A DNA stretch of 57,030 bases, the filler included, from Sphacelaria rigidula (lineage: Eukaryota): the NCBI GenBank assembly GCA_964200075.2. It is 7 parts of 7 records of this genome, joined end to end, with 100 filler letters (N's around TTAATTAATTAA, not from the genome) between each part and the next. Parts side by side here need not be neighbours in the genome. Positions count along the whole stretch, not along the records: positions 48,970 to 57,030 come from CAXNAA020012449.1; 6 more parts are not named here. One strand, written 5' to 3'. Position 1 is the stretch's first letter, and each line of letters opens with the position of its first letter. This document shows positions 50,168-57,030 of the stretch, one piece after another. The position numbers and the translations under genes were made by a program. Below the pieces are notes generated by a model. It had not been told where the DNA came from and searched no databases. It was given only the letters and a program-made list of their open reading frames with translations.

Positions 50168-50228
<61 letters not shown>

Positions 50229-50515
50229 ACTACTACTACTGCTGTTCTTAATCCGACCTCATTGGTTGTACCGATCGATCTCGGCAATGCCTCGATTTCT
50301 GTCTCCGGTCGAGCGGCGTCGGCAGTGCTGCCGCAACGTGTGGAGGGCTGAATCTCACAGAAGTCACCAGCGCACCTGCACAAGCGTTTTGATAGGTTGA
50401 TCCCGCGATAAACGCATGCAAAGGGATCCAAGGAAGCCGCTGATATGGCGCCTGCAGCGAGGCTGTGTATGTAGTGGGGAGCTAGTTGGCGATGGTTTTC
50501 TCCACCCGTGTACAG
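50024..50515 (-). CDS. 492-bp phase-0 exon of an unidentified host gene, containing a poly-Ala tract
   Basis: Acceptor ggacag| and donor |gtaaga. Open for 164 codons: LYTGGENHRQLAPHYIHSLAAGAISAASLDPFACVYRGINLSKRL...VEIPRTVLFRL. Confidence 0.65.
50169..50243. repeat. (CTG)n(CTA)n microsatellite
   Basis: Direct reading. Encodes V4 followed by poly-Ala on the minus strand. Confidence 0.97.
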
Positions 50516-52511
50516 CTGTCCAGCAATACATGGTAAGTTGCTACGGTATAACGACAAGAGGAAGGGGAGCAAGAGGTCGATCATGGTGGACAGAGTGAAA
50601 CACGAGCTCACACATCGGAACTTTGCATCCGATTAGCTGTGCAGACATCAGATGTTCCCAAGGGCACGGGTCACCTACATTCCACCCGCTGCTGGCACAA
50701 GGTGTTTGGCGCTATTTTTGACGAAGCAAAATGTGCGCGCAGTGTGTTTCAGATTTGACGGACTGCACTGCGCCTTGCAATGTGTATTCTACCATCAGCG
50801 GGATCGACGAACCAAGAGACAGTCCGATCGATAACGACGTGCGTTGGTACGCTTTTGAACGAAGCGAGATTAAGCCCCTCCCTGTTTTTGTGGAATAGAA
50901 ATGCGTGTATGTGTGCGTGTGCGTTTGTGCGCTAGTTCTTATGTGTCAACCTTACCTACCAGGGCACCATTGCGCTACTACGGAGGTCGACAAACAACCC
51001 CCCCCCCCCCCGCCCCCCGCCCCCCGCCCCGGCTGTCCGTTGGTGCTCCGTCTCGAAACGGATGACATGCTCAATGATGAAACGACTAAGGCAAGCGACG
51101 AACGCGTACCCCCGTTCCCCCCCTTCCTCCTCTCCCTCCCCCCTGGCCGCGTTAGCCTGGTCCGGCGAAACCCCGGGGTGCTCCGTCCCGGCTTTGTGGG
51201 TAAAAACCCTCCATGGGGTTGGTATCGGTTGGCAGTGACTCTGGAAAACACGCCACTCACTGCGTAAGCTAGGCAACCAGGTTGCCGCTTGTTTTTGCGC
51301 GCTTGCATTCTGTTTGCGGTAACCATGGTGGTAGTCGAGCTAGATCATTCTGTGCGGGGTGGGAGAACCTTGGTTCCGGTCAAAGGGAACGGTGATACTA
51401 CGTATTGTTTACATGGTACGACACCCATGAGGCAGCGTGTAGGCCGTGGCTATCTGTGGAGGTGGCGACACCAGAAAATAAAGCAACTCAGGCGGGGATG
51501 ACGTGCAAATGCAAGATAATCAGTAGGCTTCGGGCCGAACAATCTCAGCAGAATGGAGCTCACCCTTCATGCGACTCGCCGAACACACCACGGGGCTTCG
51601 CACTGGGCGATTGATTACGACTCTGGACTGGCGAAAACCCAGTGTGCTTCGTCCCGGCTTTGTAGGGATGCGAGGTCGATGGTCCTATGACTACGGCATG
51701 CAAGATCATGAGTACACCCCCCCCCCCCGCCGCTCTTCCCCTCTCCAACACAAACTAGTTGGTCATGATGTACTGCGGGAACACACAGACGCTATATACT
51801 CAAGTCTTCCCAAACACATGCATCTTGCCGAAAACGCTTGAATAATATGGACGCACCGCACCTCCAGTACTGATGGGCAACTCGACGAGGCCTATTGTAG
51901 TCGTTGTTGGGGTCGCCTTCTTTTCTCTTCCTGCATATTGCCGCCGCTCGGCTCTTATGAGAAACCTTCGATGGTGCCGACGGTCTGTTGGGCTGGGTTG
52001 ACTTTTTCGGAGTTTCTGTTATCTTCGTCACCTGAGCGTTCGTACCACGTTTGGACGAGTCATCGTTCAAGTGAAAACACACATGCTGATGCAAACAGCG
52101 CATTGTACTGCAGCGTCCATCATTCATTCCCATGATCGTCTTAGCACAGCCCATACGTGCAACATTGACAAAAACACCTGTGTGCTTACTTACCTGAGGT
52201 CCGGGAAACATGCAGCAAATCATTTTCGGTTTTGGAAAAGAAAAAAAAACGAGAGAATGTAATAAAATAAATACGCGAAAATTTCTCCATATCGCCCCTG
52301 GACACAACAAGAGTTATCAATAGCAATGACAGAACAAGCACGTGGAAAAGGAAAAGCGTCACTCCGCAACTGCAGTCAGAAGGTATGGTAGGCTTGGCTA
52401 GTGCCAACGTGCTCGCAAGGAATAGAGACCACCGGTAAAGAAGCAGGCATTCTCATACTCTCCCTAAAAACGCCTGACGAAAAATGATAACCTCAGGGGC
52501 CAACCTCGTGA

Positions 52512-52640
52512 GGTGCGTTCTACACCGCACGTTCTGCCGCGAAAACGCGCTCTGTCTGCTTCGGACACCTGTTCTTCCCGTCCTCCCGCGCGCGAGAGCA
52601 AAAGAGGAACGGAACAGATAGTCTTGTTGGCGGAGTCCAC
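52512..52640 (-). CDS. Putative internal exon of the same minus-strand gene
   Basis: Acceptor ttgatcacag| then VDSANKTICSVPLLLSRAGGREEQVSEADRARFRGRTCGVERTSR. Donor uncertain. Confidence 0.35.
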
Positions 52641-53297
52641 CTGTGATCAACAAAATAATGGAACGCACGCGCATACACACATACACCGCACACATACCAT
52701 CAGGAATCTCGGGAATTACTACAACCCCTCCCCCCCGGCGCCACTATAAAAAAAATGCTCCGTCTCGAAAGGGATGCGTGGTCAATAGTCAAACGACTAA
52801 GGCAAGCAACGAAATGAGTATGCCCCCTCCCCCCTCGCCGCGCGCTCCCACGCACACACAGATTCGTGACACCTTCAGTGCTTTAAAGTGGTTTGGTGCA
52901 TGTTCGCCTCCCGCTTGTCTGCTGTTTTTACTTGCCATATCGATTTTTCTTTTTGAGTTTCACGGTGGCGTCTAGGATGCTCACCGCGCCTAGGCGCATG
53001 TCGATATCATATTAAAGTATTATATTGTATATTACTATACTTTGCCATACTTATAGAACGATCGCACTTTAGCTGTTGACACTTACAAATGCTAAGCAAT
53101 ATACCGATATACCGATATTTTCGTTAGTACATCAAGGGCAACGTTGGTGACTGATGTGCATGCCAGGACGAAGCGCACTCACTCAACCGCTCAACTATGA
53201 TAGTGCGACTTGTTCCCGTTGTACGCTCCCGTACTGACAGGAAAATAACGCGCAAATCGTTGACTGGAACCTACACACCACGAACGCGTGCATACAC

Positions 53298-53431
53298 GTG
53301 GCTGACATAGTAGATGGCCAGGGCCGAAGCTCTTGAGAGTATGGCGCTTGCACTGGGCCAAGTTGACAGGGAGTTTTAGTGGGTCCGACCGCCACACTGC
53401 CTTGAGCAAAGCTTGAGAACGCTCGAGACGC
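53298..53431 (-). CDS. Putative internal exon of the same minus-strand gene
   Basis: ggtag| then RLERSQALLKAVWRSDPLKLPVNLAQCKRHTLKSFGPGHLLCQP. Donor uncertain. Confidence 0.4.
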
Positions 53432-54251
53432 CTACCACACATCACTGCTCCGTCTCGAAATAGATGTGTGGTCAATGGTCAAACGACTACGAGCTGGGCC
53501 AGCGGGCAGTGATACTTGAATGTTTTCGTGTCCGGCGGTGCTAAATTTGAGGAGTTGGGCGCTGAAATTTTGACACGACATTTTCATCACCAACACGATG
53601 ATGTGGAGCTGTGATGGCCGTCTGGGTTGAGTTTATTTCCTTCCCTCCAACAACACAAAAGCTGGTCAAATATTAATTTTGGGAAAACATTTTACAAACA
53701 ACCGCTCGTTCCGCTTACCAGTACTGTTTTCCCGCCGAGTTATGAAAGTACAGGCATGCCTGTCCGGTTTCACGCCGTGTTCGATTTCACTCATGCATCA
53801 CCACTACAAACTCTGAGATGTATGATCTCCTGAGAGCAATAAATTACATGCGATCATGTATCGTTGCGCGCTACCTTCTGTCTTCGCTTGGCCTCCCGAG
53901 ATGCTTCCATTGCCGCCTTGACCATAGTCGCCTGCCGTAATTCCAACTCTATTTTCATCCCGTGAACCTACCACGAGGGAGAGAAATCAGCACGTACGGA
54001 AGCCACAGACGACATCGGAGCCAAAATATAAGGGAAAAAGTAGTTGAAACAACCAACTGTGTCGTGTTACGTTGACGGAGGGGGTTTCGTACCCACAGCT
54101 GTAGCAGTATGTCTCTGATGCTCTTGACCTTGTCGAAGCACAACAGATGCGGCGGTCTCGGACTTTCAGAATGCCAGCACTTCGATATAGTGAGAACGGA
54201 CTCAGGGTTCGTAACTGCTGGCGCACTCCCACGAGATTGAACCCTGATGGA

Positions 54252-54339
54252 GTAGGAGTTGTAGTAGTAGTAGCAGTAGTAGTAATAGAAGTAGTAGTAG
54301 TAATAGTAGTGGTGGTAGTAATAGTAGTGGTAGTAGTAA

Positions 54340-54402
<63 letters not shown>

Positions 54403-54528
54403 CAGTAGTAGTAGTAGCAGTAGCAGTAGCAATAGCAGTAGCAATAGCAGTAGCAGTAGTGGTAGCGATAGTAGTAGTAGTAGTAGTAGCAGTAGTAGTA
54501 GTAGTAATAGTAGCAGTAGTAGTAGCAA
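54252..54528. repeat. Imperfect (GTA)n/(GCA)n microsatellite
   Basis: Direct reading, ~275 bp. Explains the spurious poly-Y/T/V/L ORFs. Confidence 0.98.
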
Positions 54529-55502
54529 TATCTAAAACGATTCCTATATGCACGGATATCACGCGTTTTATCGCAAATAATGGCAACAGTATCGTCATCA
54601 GGTTCTGAAAGATACGGCAAGCCAACACCCTTGACCATGGCGTAGGCAAATAGAGGCGTATAGTGCACAACATGTACGCTCGCGATGATCTGAGATATTT
54701 TCGACTTGGTTTTTCCGGCACGAGTAATTCTTCGCTGGACAGCATCCATCTTCGATGGCCTCGCTGACGCAGGCCTTCCTACCCGACAACCCACTTGCGG
54801 CAAGCGATCCTTCTTCTCGAATCCCATCGGTAACCCTTGACCCTTCGATGTACCTCAATAATTCCAACGAGCAGGAGCGGAGACAGGGAATCCTCAAGAT
54901 GGATGATCCTTGGCGAGTGCCTCAGACGAGTTTGCCTGATGGAGCTCGTGTCGTGGTGGCTGTATCCTTTGAACCGGAACCTCTGAGCTAGACGATTTCC
55001 CCTGAAGTGAGTTCCATCCTCATTCCTCCCCCCCCCCCCGCCTCTTCATCCCTCTCTACCCTCGTAGAAACGAGTTTGCTGTCTCAATGGGTCAACTCAT
55101 CTGTCCCTCGGTAGTTCCCTCGTAATGCAATATCGAATGTTGGATCAGAACGCACTTCCGCAACCCTTCACCGTCTGCCGAATTATATTATTTTTTCAAA
55201 ACTGCGGTTCCCACATTTCGGACAACAGAAATAAACGGTTCCTACCCGCCCAAGCTAGCGGCTACCCACCAGTTTGACCACCGAGGGCGGGGCGGTAGAC
55301 CATGCCAACCATCGTTTGGGTCATATGCTCGAAGATCCAACCGCGAGTCACGGGGAAACTAAAGTGCCTACTTTAATGGATTCATCCTACCATATTCACG
55401 AACAATCGATCGTTTCCATCCTGACTCTCGCGCGAATTGGGGACAAGCCCATGGGACCTGTGGCGAGCAGGAATACGCTGACATTGACAGGATATCACTG
55501 AC

Positions 55503-55592
55503 CTCGACTACGTACCAGCACCCATCAACCTCGCTCACGGCCCAGTCAGCCCACAGTCTCTGCAGGGTAGAGTCGTACGCCCCGCACAGCAC
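55503..55592 (-). CDS. Putative internal exon of the same minus-strand gene
   Basis: ccaag|VLCGAYDSTLQRLWADWAVSEVDGCWYVVE|gtcagt; 90 bp, phase 0. Confidence 0.45.
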
Positions 55593-56394
55593 CTTGGTTT
55601 TTGCGTCGGTCCATGGCATCACCACAGGCGGGGCGGGAAGTTAAAGCTCGTCACCACTCATGCTCAGAATATCTCGGGGGATACTTGCTTCGCGAGCAAG
55701 CGCCCGTGCATGAAGATCAAGCCACCACGATCGCATTGGCACGAATGGACCCAAACTTCGCCGACCTTGGTCGTTCAACCGTCGATAGCGTAGGTAGTGC
55801 TGCATTGTGGCCAGTATACCGCTCGGCGGCATGTTCGCCAGAAGGTTTTGGGCTTCATTTGAGCGTCGACCCAACATCGAAAAGGCGGCGCCGGCGAGTT
55901 TCACAAGCAGCGGATGGTCTGAACTGCCCGACTAATGTGGGGTAAAACGTGTGGTAGGTACGACCGTTTCATGTTTCCGAGGCAAGGGCGCAAGGAGAGG
56001 ATTCCGTCGTGTGCCAACCCTTGCTTTACCAGTTTCCGCCGGTGGCGAAGTTGTAGTATTGCGTAGAAACACAGTGTGATGAGCTTGAAATAATTTCGTA
56101 AAACAGATAACACCTGTTGCGGTGGCTGTTTCCTCTGGTTCTCCCACCGCATGTATCACACTTATTTTGAGTTTACAGTGCAGTAACGCGACACAGAGGG
56201 GCAACACAAGCACGGGAACGCCAGACATCGGTTGGTCTTACTCTAGGGTTTACGTCCATTAACCCCAGATCTAGGAAGGCTGAACGTAGGGCAAGGACTA
56301 TGGGGCGGATTCAGGTTTATTGCGGTAAGGGACGGGGTTGCGGCTCCAGTGAGGATAGCGGTAAGTGTGCATTGGGATTTGAAGAGAGGCATAC

Positions 56395-56551
56395 CTCGAC
56401 AAGATCTTCAATCTTCGCTCTGGCCTCCGCCGCCACTGCACCATCATCCTGCTCCAACGTGGCTACGAAGGGCGATAACCCGCTGGATTCCGCCCGACCT
56501 CCGCCGGCCAACGTGCACAGGTGTACCGCAAGATCGGACACATAAAGATAC
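56395..56551 (-). CDS. Putative internal exon of the same minus-strand gene
   Basis: catctcag| ...YVSDLAVHLCTLAGGGRAESSGLSPFVATLEQDDGAVAAEARAKIEDLVE|gtatgc. Confidence 0.5.
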
Positions 56552-57030
56552 CTGAGATGTTGTACAAGAACACGAACACGAACTACATGCGTCTAACTTC
56601 GCGATGCCATCCTCGTGTCCGCTGCCTGTGTCAGTATTACGCACGCGTGTCACCTTTGGGCGAAAAAGCTAGCTTATGAGGCACTGAGACCTGCACCCGC
56701 ATTTGTCCGCGCGTGCGTTCCGCTGCACCCCGGTGATCTAACACGCTCAATTTGAAACCGGATACAGGCCGTATAATAGGGGACATCGGTTGCCGGCACA
56801 TGCAGTGCAATACGTCGTTTTTTCTCAGGAGTGTACTTCGTATGATTCCCACCGCTGAAAACGCAAGGGCGAGGAGCAACGGAAATGTTGACGATTGTTT
56901 GCGTGGTGCAGGAGTGTTAATCCAATCCGCGACAGCCTCATGTTAGGCACGTATTGGGTGTACTCATGATCATGCATGCCATAGTCATAAGACCATTGAC
57001 CGCATCCCTACAATGCCGGGACGGAGCACG

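Noticed and set aside
53955-54827. Long poly-Y/T/V/L ORFs
   Set aside because: Artefacts of the (GTA)n microsatellite.

Overview
Eukaryotic, TE-rich DNA, most consistent with a brown alga (Phaeophyceae, Ectocarpus-like). That assignment is inferred from TE families, GT-AG introns with pyrimidine-rich acceptors and repeat style, not from a search. The window is not one locus. It is seven contigs of 8062, 8062, 8062, 8061, 8061, 8061 and 8061 bp joined by identical 100-nt spacers (N44-TTAATTAATTAA-N44), so adjacency across spacers carries no biological meaning. Contig 1 holds an intron-containing, pseudogenised Mutator/FAR1-type transposase (FAR1-like, DDE, SWIM) with a 464-bp foldback element inserted. 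Contig 2 is mostly non-coding repeats. Contigs 3 and 5 hold two divergent, decayed Ty3/Gypsy pol genes with putative 3' LTRs. Both integrases end in a chromodomain followed by a second, Tudor/PWWP-like aromatic domain, which is the most interesting signal here. Contig 4 has a Patched-family-like exon, a tRNA-SINE, an RTE LINE fragment and a 1.5-kb TA-flanked TIR element. Contig 6 is a decayed DIRS/Ngaro-type tyrosine-recombinase retroelement. Contig 7 has minus-strand exons of an unidentified host gene, microsatellites, and many copies of a short poly(C)-ended repeat family with covarying stems.
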